DNA from: Pseudomonadales bacterium
GTDB lineage: Bacteria; Pseudomonadota; Gammaproteobacteria; Pseudomonadales; Pseudohongiellaceae
Direction of reading: 5' to 3'
NCBI GenBank assembly: GCA_023257855.1
Contig: JALRBG010000321.1
Span: 1 to 44,760 of the forward strand
DNA length: 44,760 bases
The notes below the pieces were generated by a model. It saw nothing but the letters and a program-made list of their open reading frames with translations, was not told where the DNA came from and made no database searches. Both the position numbers and the translations under genes were made by a program. Within the stretch, counting starts at the first letter, position 1; the number at the start of each line of letters is the position of its first letter. Shown in pieces: positions 17,878 to 27,753 of this stretch.

Positions 17878-20064
17878 ATGCCCAATAATATCGCCGCCAA
17901 CAGCCTGCAGATCAGCCAGGTACTCTACGATTTCATCGAAAAGGAAGCTGCCCCGTACACCGGCATCACGCCTGATCATTTCTGGAGATCGCTGTCGCGG
18001 ATCGTGGCGGATTTTGCACCCAGAAACAGGGAGTTACTGGCGAAACGTGATGCCTTGCAGGAACAGATTGACGCCTGGCACAAAAGCCACGACATGGCGT
18101 ATTACCTGGCCCACCGCGACGAGTACAAACAGTTCCTGACCGACATCGGCTACCTCGTGCCCGAGGGCCCGGACTTCAAGGTCAGCACCTGGAATTCCGA
18201 CTTCGAGATTTCCATCGTTTCCGGCCCCCAGCTGGTCGTACCCGTGATGAACGCACGCTATGCCCTCAATGCCGCCAATGCGCGCTGGGGCAGCCTGTAC
18301 GATGCACTCTACGGTACCGATGTCATCCCCTTCACCGGCAACGAAAAGAAAGGCTATGACCCAGAGCGCGGCCAGAAGGTCATCGACTGGGCCGACGACT
18401 TCCTCGACCAGGCCATTCCCCTGGAAAACGGCCGTCATTCCCAGGTGCGCGAATACACGCTGATCAACCAGGACGGCCATATCGTCCTGAAAGTGGAACT
18501 GGAGGATGGCACCTACACCCAGCTGACCAACCAGGACAAGCTGGTCGGCTGGCAGGGTTTTTCCGAAGCGCCCGAGGCACTGCTCTTCGTCAATCACGGC
18601 ATGCACATCGAAATGCAGATCGACGATGAACACTTCATCGGCAAGCAGCACCATGCCAGCATCCGGGACATCGTGATGGAATCGGCCATGACGACGATCC
18701 AGGACTGCGAGGACTCCGTTGCCGCCGTCGACGGCAGCGACAAGGTAAGCGTCTACCGCAACTGGCTCGGCCTCATGCGCGGCACCCTGCAGGCGAATTT
18801 CCAGAAAGGCGACAAGACCCTCACGCGCGTACTTAACCAGGACCGCTTCTACAAAGGCACCAGTGGTGAAACCGTTTCCATGCAGGGCCGCAGCCTGCTG
18901 CTGGTCCGTAACGTCGGCCACCTCATGACCACCGATGCCGTGCTGGACAGGCAGGGCAATGAAATTCCCGAAGGCATTCTCGATGCCATGGTCACCACCC
19001 TGTGCGGCCTCCACGACCTGCAGCGGAACAGCCCGTTCCGCAACAGCCGTAACGGCAACATCTATATCGTGAAGCCGAAGATGCATGGCCCCGAGGAAGC
19101 CGCCTTCACCAACGACCTGTTCAACGCCGTCGAGGATGCCCTTGGCCTTAAGCGCAACACCATCAAGGTGGGCGTCATGGATGAGGAGCGCCGGACCAGC
19201 GTCAACCTCAAGGAATGCATCCGCGCCGTAAAGGAGCGCGTGTTCTTCATCAACACCGGCTTCCTCGATCGCACCGGCGATGAAATCCATACCAGCATGC
19301 ACGCCGGCCCCTTCCTGCCGAAGGCGGCGGTGAAAGGCGAGCCATGGATCAGCGCCTATGAAGATTCCAACGTCGACATCGGCATCCGCTGCGGCTTCAT
19401 CGGCAAGGCGCAGATCGGCAAGGGCATGTGGGCGATACCCGACAAGATGGCCGACATGATGATGCAGAAAGTGGCGCATCCCAACGTGGGCGCCAGCTGC
19501 GCCTGGGTGCCCTCGCCTACCGCGGCCACCCTGCATGCCATTCACTACCACCAGATTAACGTCACCCGCACACAGCGCCGGCTTGCCACGCGCAACCCCG
19601 CCAGCGTGGACGACATCCTCAGGATTCCGCTGATGGTGGAGAACAAGCTCACGCCGGAGCAGATCCAGAAGGAAATCGACAACAACGCCCAGGGCATTCT
19701 CGGATACGTGGTGCGCTGGATCGACCACGGGGTGGGTTGCTCCAAGGTGCCGGATATCAACAACGTTGGCCTCATGGAAGACCGCGCCACCTGCAGCATT
19801 TCCAGCCAGCACATCGCCAACTGGCTGTGCCATGCCATCTGCTCGCAGGAACAGGTGATGGAAAGCATGAAGCGGATGGCGAAGATCGTCGACGAACAGA
19901 ATGCCGCCGACCCCCAATACCTGCCGATGGCGCCGGGATACGACGGCATCGCTTTCCAGGCCGCTTGCGACCTCGTGTTCAGGGGCATGGAGCAGCCTAA
20001 TGGATATACCGAGCCGGTCCTGCATGCCCGGCGCAAGGAACTGAAGGAAAAACTGGCTGGCTGA
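17878..20064 (+). CDS. glcB: malate synthase G
   Basis: 728 aa. Length and sequence ([30 protein letters not shown]..., ...[17 protein letters not shown]..., [12 protein letters not shown]) are characteristic of GlcB. The ORF 18034..20025 (-) is an antisense shadow. Confidence 0.93.
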   Translation: MPNNIAANSLQISQVLYDFIEKEAAPYTGITPDHFWRSLSRIVADFAPRNRELLAKRDALQEQIDAWHKSHDMAYYLAHRDEYKQFLTDIGYLVPEGPDFKVSTWNSDFEISIVSGPQLVVPVMNARYALNAANARWGSLYDALYGTDVIPFTGNEKKGYDPERGQKVIDWADDFLDQAIPLENGRHSQVREYTLINQDGHIVLKVELEDGTYTQLTNQDKLVGWQGFSEAPEALLFVNHGMHIEMQIDDEHFIGKQHHASIRDIVMESAMTTIQDCEDSVAAVDGSDKVSVYRNWLGLMRGTLQANFQKGDKTLTRVLNQDRFYKGTSGETVSMQGRSLLLVRNVGHLMTTDAVLDRQGNEIPEGILDAMVTTLCGLHDLQRNSPFRNSRNGNIYIVKPKMHGPEEAAFTNDLFNAVEDALGLKRNTIKVGVMDEERRTSVNLKECIRAVKERVFFINTGFLDRTGDEIHTSMHAGPFLPKAAVKGEPWISAYEDSNVDIGIRCGFIGKAQIGKGMWAIPDKMADMMMQKVAHPNVGASCAWVPSPTAATLHAIHYHQINVTRTQRRLATRNPASVDDILRIPLMVENKLTPEQIQKEIDNNAQGILGYVVRWIDHGVGCSKVPDINNVGLMEDRATCSISSQHIANWLCHAICSQEQVMESMKRMAKIVDEQNAADPQYLPMAPGYDGIAFQAACDLVFRGMEQPNGYTEPVLHARRKELKEKLAG

Positions 20065-20090
20065 GCGGAATTATTATCAGGGGGATAACC

Positions 20091-20906
20091 ATGAAAACCA
20101 TCATTCGCACGCTGTTGCCCGTCCTGGCCGCAGTCACTTTGTCACAGACCACACTGGCACAAACTGCGGCGCCAAACGCCACCGGCATCAGTGCGGGACA
20201 TACCCACCTGATCGTGCCTGACGTGGCGAAACATCGTGAAATCTGGAAAACGCTTGGCGGCGTCGAACGCTCTTCCGGCCGCCTGCAGCCATTGATGTTC
20301 CCCGGCATGTTCATCCTGCTGCGCGAAGGCGAACCCTCGACCGCCTCCATCAATACCACGGCCAACCACATCGGATTCACCGTCAATGACTATGAGGATT
20401 ACAAAGCCAGGCTGGAGTCCGTTGGTGCCAGCATCTTTTATGATGACGGCAGCAACCAGGTGCTTGCCGACCTGCCCGATGGCGTGCGTTTTGAATTCGC
20501 GGTCGACCCCGAGCAGGTCGAACCCATCAGGTTCCATCACACCCACCTGTCACCCGCCGATGCCGAAGGCCTGCGCCAGTGGTACGTGGACGTGTTCGGC
20601 GCCGAGGTCGGCGAGCGCCGCAACCTGCCCTCTGCCGTGATTCCCGGCGGTCGGGTTGATTTCATTCCCAACCGCAACGGCGACCCGCTGCCCACCCAGG
20701 GCACGGCCATAGATCATATCGGTTTCGAAGTGACGGACTTACAGGCTTTTGCTACCCGGCTGGAGGGCATGGGCATTGCCTTCGACCGTGCGCCGGAATG
20801 CATCGAGGCGATCAACCTGTGCATTGCCTTCATCACGGACCCGAAAGGCACCTACATCGAGCTGACCCAGGGGTTGGCCAATATCACGGAACCAGCATCC
20901 CGGTAA
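20091..20906 (+). CDS. secreted two-domain VOC (glyoxalase/bleomycin resistance/dioxygenase) family protein
   Basis: 271 aa with signal peptide LLPVLAAVTLSQTTLAQT. Two repeated modules begin with H-T/H-H-L and contain NHIGFTV / IDHIGFEV motifs. Confidence 0.7.
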   Translation: MKTIIRTLLPVLAAVTLSQTTLAQTAAPNATGISAGHTHLIVPDVAKHREIWKTLGGVERSSGRLQPLMFPGMFILLREGEPSTASINTTANHIGFTVNDYEDYKARLESVGASIFYDDGSNQVLADLPDGVRFEFAVDPEQVEPIRFHHTHLSPADAEGLRQWYVDVFGAEVGERRNLPSAVIPGGRVDFIPNRNGDPLPTQGTAIDHIGFEVTDLQAFATRLEGMGIAFDRAPECIEAINLCIAFITDPKGTYIELTQGLANITEPASR

Positions 20907-20939
20907 ATAAATTACATTAAGTATTAAATGTAATTTATT
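20906..20939. terminator. almost pure A/T hairpin between convergent genes
   Basis: AATAAATTACATT (20906-20918) / AATGTAATTTATT (20927-20939) form a perfect 13-bp stem with an 8-nt loop. It lies inside a ~60-bp AT-only spacer (20904-20966). Confidence 0.55.
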
Positions 20940-20966
20940 GATTTAAATATTTTTTATTAATATTTC

Positions 20967-23021
20967 TTATTTCCCCGGCAGGGCAAAGACGTACAGGTTG
21001 TTGCCCGATCCGTTATCGATGTTCAGGCGCACCGGGCCCATGGTGCCGTTGCTGATGCCGGGTGCCGACAGGTTATTGCCAGTGATGACGGCGATGTACT
21101 GGCGACCATCGACACTGTAAGTGATATTGCTGGTGGAGATCGGCCCGCCGAGCACCGTTTCCCACAGGACCTCCCCGGTATCCAGGTCCTGGGCCCGGAA
21201 GCGCCGGTTGACGTCACCCCAGAACAACAGGCCCCCCCCTGTGGTGAGGATGGATGCCGTGGTCGGGATCATCCCGGTATGCCAGTAGTCGATCTCCCCG
21301 GTTTCCATGTTGATCTTCGCCATGCCATTGAGTTCGTCCGGTGTCGTGCCGGGCGCGCTGATGCCGATGCGGCTCTGCGGCATGGCCGGCAGGCCTTCCG
21401 AGGCCGGCATGGCGGATGTCATGTTCAGGCAGTTGCGCACGAAAGGTACGTACATGGCATTGCGTTCCGGGTTGTAGGAACTGGGCCAGTACGAGCGGGT
21501 GTTGAAGTAACAGATGATGCGGTGGGCGCCGGGTTCGGTCAGTAGCAGGTCGCGGTTGATGGTGGTCAGCCCGGTGTTGACGTCGATATCCTCGATCAGG
21601 AAGTTCTCATGTTCTTCCGGGAATGGCAGCGCCCAGAGAAATTCACCCGTGTGCTTGTCCAGTACCCACAGGCCTCCCCCTTCCCCGACGTTGACCACCA
21701 CGTCGCGTTCCTGGCCGACCACTGCCGGGTTGATCCACTTCACGTGCTCGGGATCCGGATTCACCCGGGTGCGGAAAATGATGCGTTCTTCGTTCATGTC
21801 CTCGTCCCAGTCGTCACCCGGCAGGTGCTGGTAGTACCAGGCCAGGTTGCCGGTGTCCGGATCGATGGCGACGGTGGAATTACTGTACAACTCGGCAGGC
21901 GCCTGCAGGGGCACGGCGAAGGAATCGCCGCCATGACGATCGTAACGGGTATAGGGGGACGGATTGGCGATGCCCCAGTAGATGAGCCCGGACTCGGGAT
22001 CGTAGGAACCGGGCAAGCCCCAGGCGGAGGCACGACGGTCGTCCAGCGGCACGCCGGCCCAGGTATCGTAGCCCGGCGGCTGATCCGGCGCCTGGGTGGT
22101 ATAGAAGGTCCATTGCAGTTCGCCGGTCAGGGCATCATGGGCCGTGATCACGCAATCGGCGCGCGTACGGCAGGTGCCGGCAGACAGGACCTTGCCATCG
22201 GCCACGAAGGTGCCGGACGTGATGTCGCGGCCGTTACTCTCGCTGCGCCAGCGTTGCTCGCCGGTTACCGCGTCGATGGCGATGATCGAGCCGTCGGAAG
22301 CGCCGAAATAGACCATATCCTGGTAAATGGACATGGTCTTGGAACGGCCTGCCCGACCGGCCAGGATTTCCGGGGTGTGGCGCCAGATAAGGTCACCCGT
22401 CGTGGCATCCAGGGCAACGATGGTGGCATCCGGCATGGTCAGGTACATGACCCCGTCATAGACGGTGGGAATGGTTTCGGTGACGCCGTCGGGCAGGCCC
22501 CGCGACCATGCCAGGCCGATTTCCCCGACATTGTCCCTGTTGACCTGGTCCAGCGGGCTGAAACGCTGGGCGTCGAAGGTGCGGCTGAACATGAGCCAGT
22601 CGGCCGGGTCCGGGTCGGCCAGCATCGCGTCCGTCACGGGCCGATAGTTCTCGATGGCGGACATGGAGGCCAGCGGATTGAAGGAGGTGGCGTTGTCCAT
22701 CGAGGAAGGACTGAAATTGACGGCCAGGAATCGCACGTAGTCCAGCAGTGCGGGCATCTGCCCGTCATCAATGACGACAGGTGGCATACCCTTTTCCGGG
22801 TTGCCGGTGCGCAGGAAGGCGATCAGCGCCTGTTCATCCTCGCTGCCCACGCGTTCGAGAATGCTGGGACCCAGTGTGCCGCCGGAGCCGTTGGCACCAT
22901 GGCAATGGGCGCAGACCGTGTTGAAAATCTCGAGCCCTTCCGCCATTTCCTGGGCATAACCAGCGTGAGCGTAAACGCTGAAAATCAAACCTGTGCAAAA
23001 AAGGTTTTGTTTAAAGTTCAT
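20967..23021 (-). CDS. PQQ-dependent quinohaemoprotein dehydrogenase with N-terminal cytochrome c domain
   Basis: After the signal peptide comes CAHCHGANGSG plus a distal GMPP (class I cytochrome c). The PQQ propeller start follows (DWLMFSRTFDAQRFSPLDQVNRDNVGEIGLAWS). I prefer ATG 23021 (MNFKQ..., AGGTGA 9 nt upstream) over the GTG at 23033. Confidence 0.85.
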   Translation of the reverse strand: MNFKQNLFCTGLIFSVYAHAGYAQEMAEGLEIFNTVCAHCHGANGSGGTLGPSILERVGSEDEQALIAFLRTGNPEKGMPPVVIDDGQMPALLDYVRFLAVNFSPSSMDNATSFNPLASMSAIENYRPVTDAMLADPDPADWLMFSRTFDAQRFSPLDQVNRDNVGEIGLAWSRGLPDGVTETIPTVYDGVMYLTMPDATIVALDATTGDLIWRHTPEILAGRAGRSKTMSIYQDMVYFGASDGSIIAIDAVTGEQRWRSESNGRDITSGTFVADGKVLSAGTCRTRADCVITAHDALTGELQWTFYTTQAPDQPPGYDTWAGVPLDDRRASAWGLPGSYDPESGLIYWGIANPSPYTRYDRHGGDSFAVPLQAPAELYSNSTVAIDPDTGNLAWYYQHLPGDDWDEDMNEERIIFRTRVNPDPEHVKWINPAVVGQERDVVVNVGEGGGLWVLDKHTGEFLWALPFPEEHENFLIEDIDVNTGLTTINRDLLLTEPGAHRIICYFNTRSYWPSSYNPERNAMYVPFVRNCLNMTSAMPASEGLPAMPQSRIGISAPGTTPDELNGMAKINMETGEIDYWHTGMIPTTASILTTGGGLLFWGDVNRRFRAQDLDTGEVLWETVLGGPISTSNITYSVDGRQYIAVITGNNLSAPGISNGTMGPVRLNIDNGSGNNLYVFALPGK

Positions 23022-23099
23022 GGTAATTTTCACCTGGTTTCTACCTATCGGAAATTAGACCACAACCCAGGAAGCGTGACGAGCGCAGGTGTTATCCTG

Positions 23100-23585
23100 T
23101 CACTCCATCTGCCAGTCGTTAATCATGCGATAGCGTGCCGTGCGGATTCTCTTGAACTTGCCGTCCTCGATATCGTAGATGCCCCAGCTGATGATGCGCA
23201 TCACCTGCCCTTGCTCCAGCGGCACGCCCCAGAAGCTGTCTTCCCAGTCCTTGATGACTTCAAAAGTCGTCGGAATTTCCACGGCCAGTTGGTTACCGTC
23301 CGTGATGAAGGTGGTCACGTCGACCCGCTCCCTGATGTACTGCTTCACGTTGGCGTAAAAATCGCGGATGCCTTCGGCTCCGACGATTTGGGAGGTACCC
23401 AGTTCCAGCACCACGTCCGGGTGGTAAAACTTGATGAAGGTCGGGTCGTTGGCATTGAAGAGTTCGAGGTATTCATTGTACGCGTCGCGGGTCATGCCCT
23501 CGTCAGCAGCAAAGCCGTGAACCGGCAATACCAGCAGCAAGCACAGCGCCACCTTACGCAGAATGCTTATTGTTGATCGGCCCAT
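23100..23585 (-). CDS. secreted SnoaL/NTF2-like fold protein
   Basis: Start moved to 23585 (MGRSTISILRKVALCLLLVLPVHGFA, RBS GGGGGA). The body (YNEYLELFNANDPTFIKFYHPDVVLE...GAEGIRDFY) resembles the SnoaL-like fold. Confidence 0.6.
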   Translation of the reverse strand: MGRSTISILRKVALCLLLVLPVHGFAADEGMTRDAYNEYLELFNANDPTFIKFYHPDVVLELGTSQIVGAEGIRDFYANVKQYIRERVDVTTFITDGNQLAVEIPTTFEVIKDWEDSFWGVPLEQGQVMRIISWGIYDIEDGKFKRIRTARYRMINDWQME

Positions 23586-23778
23586 CCTGAATCCCCCTTG
23601 TCGCCTCGAAACCCGCAAAAACAGCCAATCGAGCATACTGCAGTCACGCCGGTGCCACAACTTGCGGACGCTTGCCGGCAATAGACTTTGATGACGCGTA
23701 TGGCTATTCTTGGGTGCTCTCTAATCAGCGATCCATCCGCTGCCAGACAATAAAAAACCTACCGCAGGGGGAATACCG

Positions 23779-24654
23779 ATGTGTGACGAAAGAACCTGGA
23801 AAGAAGACAAGGCTTACCTGGGCAAGAAAAAACTGAGCCGCCGCCAGTTCAACCGCCTGACCGCCGGGGCGTCAGTGGCCATGATGCTGCCGCCGGTAGC
23901 CAACGCCCAGCAGGTGACCTCCAGTCACGTCGAGATCACCACGCCTGACGGCGTCGCCGACTGCTTCTATGTGCATCCCGCGTCAGGCAAGCATCCGGCC
24001 GTGCTGGTATGGCCCGACATCTTCGGCCTGCGCGATGCCTTCGAAACCATGGGCACACGCCTGGCGCAGTCTGGCTATTCCGTGCTGGTGGTGAATCCTT
24101 TCTACCGCATCCAGCCCGCGCCGACGTCCGAGCCCGGCGCCGACTTCAACGATCCCGACACCCGCAACAGCCTGTTCTCCATGATGGGTTCACTGAATGC
24201 CCAGACGCACTTCACGGATGCGCAAGCCTTCCTCGGCTGGCTGGACCAGCAGGATGAAGTCGACACCAGCCGCGGTGCCGGCACCACCGGTTACTGCATG
24301 GGCGGTCCGATGGTCATGCGCACCGTGGCGGCCGTACCGGATCGCTTTAAGGCCGGTGCCACCTTCCACGGCGGCGGCCTCGCCACCGATGCCGCAGACA
24401 GCCCGCACCTGCTGATTCCGCAGACCCAGGCGAGCATGCTGCATGCCATCGCCGCCAACGACGACGAAGCCAGCCCGACAGTGAAGGACACCCTGCGCGA
24501 TGCCTATGCTGCGGCCGGTATCGCTGCCGAGATCGAGGTTTACACCGGCACGCTGCACGGCTGGTGCGCCATCGACTCGCAGGTGTACAACATGGCGCAG
24601 GCCGAACGGGCCTGGAATCGCCTGCTGGCCCTGTTTGAAACGGCACTCGCCTGA
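23779..24654 (+). CDS. Tat-exported dienelactone hydrolase family protein
   Basis: 291 aa with twin-arginine motif SRRQFNRLTAGASVAMMLPPVANA. The DLH-like body contains the GYCMGG nucleophile elbow. RBS GGGGGA. Confidence 0.8.
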   Translation: MCDERTWKEDKAYLGKKKLSRRQFNRLTAGASVAMMLPPVANAQQVTSSHVEITTPDGVADCFYVHPASGKHPAVLVWPDIFGLRDAFETMGTRLAQSGYSVLVVNPFYRIQPAPTSEPGADFNDPDTRNSLFSMMGSLNAQTHFTDAQAFLGWLDQQDEVDTSRGAGTTGYCMGGPMVMRTVAAVPDRFKAGATFHGGGLATDAADSPHLLIPQTQASMLHAIAANDDEASPTVKDTLRDAYAAAGIAAEIEVYTGTLHGWCAIDSQVYNMAQAERAWNRLLALFETALA

Positions 24655-24670
24655 CACTGACCAATCGGAC

Positions 24671-25468
24671 ATGCCCATGAAACTGATGAAACCTCGACTG
24701 GCGATAGTGGTGGCTGCCATGCTGCCCTGTCTCGCCGCCGCGCAAACCGGCTTTGAAGGCGTCTGGAGCGGTGCCATGACCACCCCCAATGACGAGCACT
24801 GGAAGGTCGAGGACATCACCCATTGCTGGGCAGGATGTCCCCTTGTGCCCTACCAGCAACTGGGTGCGATGCTGGATGATCCCGCCAACGATGAACTGAC
24901 CTGGGAAGAACTCGAAGGCCGCTATTATGGCAGCATGGCCCAGCACCTGCGCAGTATTTCCACAGAAGCGGGGCTTGAAATACTCAACGGCAGCACCGAT
25001 GCCAACAACCCGTCCATCCATTGTCATGATTACGGCTACATGCGCCAGTCGCTCAACCCGCTGCCGATGGCCATCATCAACAATGGTGACCACCTGACGT
25101 TCAAGTACGAGGAATGGAACCAGGAGCGCACCGTGTATATTGATGGCCGTGATTTCCCGGCCAACATGCAGCCCTCCCAGTTCGGCTATTCCATCGGCCA
25201 CATGGACAACGGCGACCTCGTCATCGAAACGCGCGGTATCGCTGCCGACATCTACAACCCCTTCTCGGGCGGCGGCGGTTACAGCGACCAGGTGGTCGGC
25301 ATGGAGCATTATTCGCTTTCAGGCAACCCGCCCGTGCTGAGCGTGGTGATGACGCTGACCGATCCCGTGACACTCAAGGAGCCCTACCGTTTTCACAAGG
25401 AGTGGTTATCCACACCCGACCTGGTATTGCTTGAAGACAGCTGTGTCGACGTCCCCGGAGAATTCTGA
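24671..25468 (+). CDS. L-family secreted protein, copy L1 (uncharacterised)
   Basis: Signal peptide MKPRLAIVVAAMLPCLAAAQ. Shares the Cys / DGRDFP / GYSIGH...LVIE / DP..L..P / C-terminal Cys architecture with L2-L4. Start could be 24671, 24677 or 24686. Confidence 0.7.
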   Translation: MPMKLMKPRLAIVVAAMLPCLAAAQTGFEGVWSGAMTTPNDEHWKVEDITHCWAGCPLVPYQQLGAMLDDPANDELTWEELEGRYYGSMAQHLRSISTEAGLEILNGSTDANNPSIHCHDYGYMRQSLNPLPMAIINNGDHLTFKYEEWNQERTVYIDGRDFPANMQPSQFGYSIGHMDNGDLVIETRGIAADIYNPFSGGGGYSDQVVGMEHYSLSGNPPVLSVVMTLTDPVTLKEPYRFHKEWLSTPDLVLLEDSCVDVPGEF

Positions 25469-25469
25469 G

Positions 25470-25892
25470 ATGAAAAAAACAATCACGATGCTGCTTGCCG
25501 CGGCCGTCAGTTCGGTTGCCAGCGCACATCACTCGGCAGCGGTATTCTACAAGATGGATGAGGAAATCACACTCACGGGCAAGGTCACCGAATTCCGCAT
25601 GGGCAACCCGCACCTGCGCATCTATTTCGATCGGGTCAACGAGGATGGTGAAACAGAAAAGTGGATGGCTGAAGGCGGTTCGCGCACCGTGCTGCTGAGG
25701 CACAACTGGACCGGCAATGAAATCAAGGAAGGCGACGTCATCACCATGACCGGCAACCCGTCACGCGACGAAGATTCGAACATCGTCCACGTCAAGGACA
25801 TCATCCTGGCAGATGGCAGGGAAATGTTTGCCGAGGATCTCAATCCCGACAACGCCGCCCGCCTGCTGGAAGAGCGCCGGCGAAGGGATTAA
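25470..25892 (+). CDS. S-family small secreted protein, copy S1 (uncharacterised; predicted mature N-terminus HHS)
   Basis: 140 aa, MKKTITMLLAAAVSSVASA|HHSAAVFY..., with the GNPHLRIYF motif. The ATG lies 1 nt after the L1 stop, with GGAG 9 nt upstream. Confidence 0.75.
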   Translation: MKKTITMLLAAAVSSVASAHHSAAVFYKMDEEITLTGKVTEFRMGNPHLRIYFDRVNEDGETEKWMAEGGSRTVLLRHNWTGNEIKEGDVITMTGNPSRDEDSNIVHVKDIILADGREMFAEDLNPDNAARLLEERRRRD

Positions 25893-25902
25893 GAACAGCA
25901 GC

Positions 25903-26424
25903 TCAAGGATTTTCCCTTAACTGAAACCAGGGAAAATCCTGGTTGGCTGGTTTTACCTTACCTGCCGCCTCAAGCAGGGCATCGCCAATGTACCTGATAT
26001 AATAGGGCGGTGGTATGGGCTTGATACTGTCCCACCATTCCCTGCCGCCCGGAGTCAGTAAGTAGGAAAGGAATATATTCCGGACCCCTACCATTTCGGC
26101 TTCGGCCAACTGCCCCGCATTGTAGAGATTCCAGACGCTGCCAAATCCATGGTGCATGGCATGGAGATGGGAATGGAAACATCCCATCTCCGCCTTGCTC
26201 AGGCTCTTCATGTCATTCAGGCCGCGGGCGAATATATCGGCAATCTCGGGTGTGCTCGTAGTGCGGTCAAAAAGATCCAGGAATTCCTTGCGCACGTTCT
26301 GCAAGGAATCAAACAAGGTTCTCTTTCTCAAATCCCTGACTTCCTTGGCCAGGTAGAGCAAGGTGACTATCACCCCCAGGGCAGAAACAATTTCTGCCAG
26401 GGCACTCCAGTCAGAGAAGGTCAT
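25903..26424 (-). CDS. membrane-anchored hypothetical protein
   Basis: 173 aa with one N-terminal TM helix (ALAEIVSALGVIVTLLYLA) and a His-rich patch HSHLHAMHHG. The gene is visibly lower in GC than its neighbours. Its start lies 2 nt after the amidohydrolase stop. Confidence 0.6.
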   Translation of the reverse strand: MTFSDWSALAEIVSALGVIVTLLYLAKEVRDLRKRTLFDSLQNVRKEFLDLFDRTTSTPEIADIFARGLNDMKSLSKAEMGCFHSHLHAMHHGFGSVWNLYNAGQLAEAEMVGVRNIFLSYLLTPGGREWWDSIKPIPPPYYIRYIGDALLEAAGKVKPANQDFPWFQLRENP

Positions 26425-26426
26425 AC

Positions 26427-27683
26427 CTACCTTGCTACCTCGTCTCCGCGATAAACCACAGTACGAATTTGCCGGGTGTTGGTGATGTCATCCAGCGGGT
26501 TGCCATTGAGCACGATGAAATCCGCACTCATGCCCGGGGCCAGCGTACCCGCGTCCCCGATACCCAGGAATTCCGCCGCGCTGGATGTCGCCGCCACGAT
26601 GGCCTGCATCGGCGTCATGCCGGCGACCACCATATCCTCGATCTCGACGTGCGCCGCGTAGGGCACGTTGCCGTCAGTACCGAGGGCAACTTTCATGCCG
26701 GCACGGGTCAACACGTACAGGTTGCGCGCCTGGATGGCCCAGGATTCCGCCGCTGCCTCGTTTGCTTCCTGCGCCTGCAGCCGCTCCAACTCATCCGTCG
26801 GCACCAGGCCGGTCAGCCAGTCGTAGTTCGTGGGCACACCCCGGTACGGCATGTTCGGCACCAGCACGACATCGGGCCGCGCCTGCACCATGTCGACGAA
26901 TTCCGCGTCCACATCCATATCCCGCACCCCATGCGCAAACGCATCGAGTCCTGCCTCGAGGAGGCCCTTGGCATCCGACAGGTTGTAGATGTGTGCAGTC
27001 ACGCGCACGCCGTTGGCATGGGCTTCATCGATTACGGCACTGTACAGCTCGGGCGTAATCTTTTCGTACTGGCCGTTGCGGTCGTCGACCCATATCTTGA
27101 TGATATCCACACCGCGGGCAGCTTCCTCAGCGGCGGCGGCCCGCGCCTCTTCAGGCGTATTCACCCAGTGCGGCACTTCCGTGCGTCCCGGCTCGGGTCG
27201 TGTAATGCCGCGGCCGGCGGCAAAATAGCGGGCGGCGCCGGTGATGGTCTCATCCCGTATCGCCAGTATCTCGTCATCGGCATCCATGCCCAGGCTCATG
27301 GCGGCGCCGACACCGAACACGACGCGATTGCGCAGGTCCTGGATGAGGGCTTCACGGGTGGTGCTCAGGTGGACGTGGGTATCCAGCATCATCGGCATCA
27401 CGGTAGCGCCGGCCAGGTCCACTCGGCGGGCACCGGCAGGCAGTGACATCGCTGCAGTCTGACCCACCATGGTGATCTGGCCGCCGTCGACCACGATGGT
27501 GCCGTTTTCGATCGGTGCGCTGCCGTCGCCGGTGATGATACGCCCGCCCTCATAGATCACGGCGGAGGATGTCGGCACTTCGGCATCCTGCTCGTCGGAG
27601 GAACAGCTGGCTATGAATGCCGCTACAGACAACAGTGCCAGCAGTTTTAGTTTACGAAAATTGATAGTGTTCAAGTCCAACAT
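26427..27683 (-). CDS. amidohydrolase family metallo-hydrolase, predicted lipoprotein
   Basis: Contains the HxH motif (LDTHVHL), VTAHIYN, AFAHGVRD and ALGTDGN. The lipobox is FIASC. Start set at 27683 (MLDLN..., GGGGGA 4-5 nt upstream). Confidence 0.8.
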   Translation of the reverse strand: MLDLNTINFRKLKLLALLSVAAFIASCSSDEQDAEVPTSSAVIYEGGRIITGDGSAPIENGTIVVDGGQITMVGQTAAMSLPAGARRVDLAGATVMPMMLDTHVHLSTTREALIQDLRNRVVFGVGAAMSLGMDADDEILAIRDETITGAARYFAAGRGITRPEPGRTEVPHWVNTPEEARAAAAEEAARGVDIIKIWVDDRNGQYEKITPELYSAVIDEAHANGVRVTAHIYNLSDAKGLLEAGLDAFAHGVRDMDVDAEFVDMVQARPDVVLVPNMPYRGVPTNYDWLTGLVPTDELERLQAQEANEAAAESWAIQARNLYVLTRAGMKVALGTDGNVPYAAHVEIEDMVVAGMTPMQAIVAATSSAAEFLGIGDAGTLAPGMSADFIVLNGNPLDDITNTRQIRTVVYRGDEVAR

Positions 27684-27730
27684 GATTTCCCCCGTTGTCA
27701 TTCTTCAGAATAATTTTTCAGTAATGTTGC

Positions 27731-27753
27731 TTTACCTGCACTTTACCCTGCAC
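27731..27753. repeat. tandem 11/12-mer TTTACC(C)TGCAC x2
   Basis: The repeat lies immediately downstream of the L4 stop, in the spacer before the amidohydrolase gene. Confidence 0.4.
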
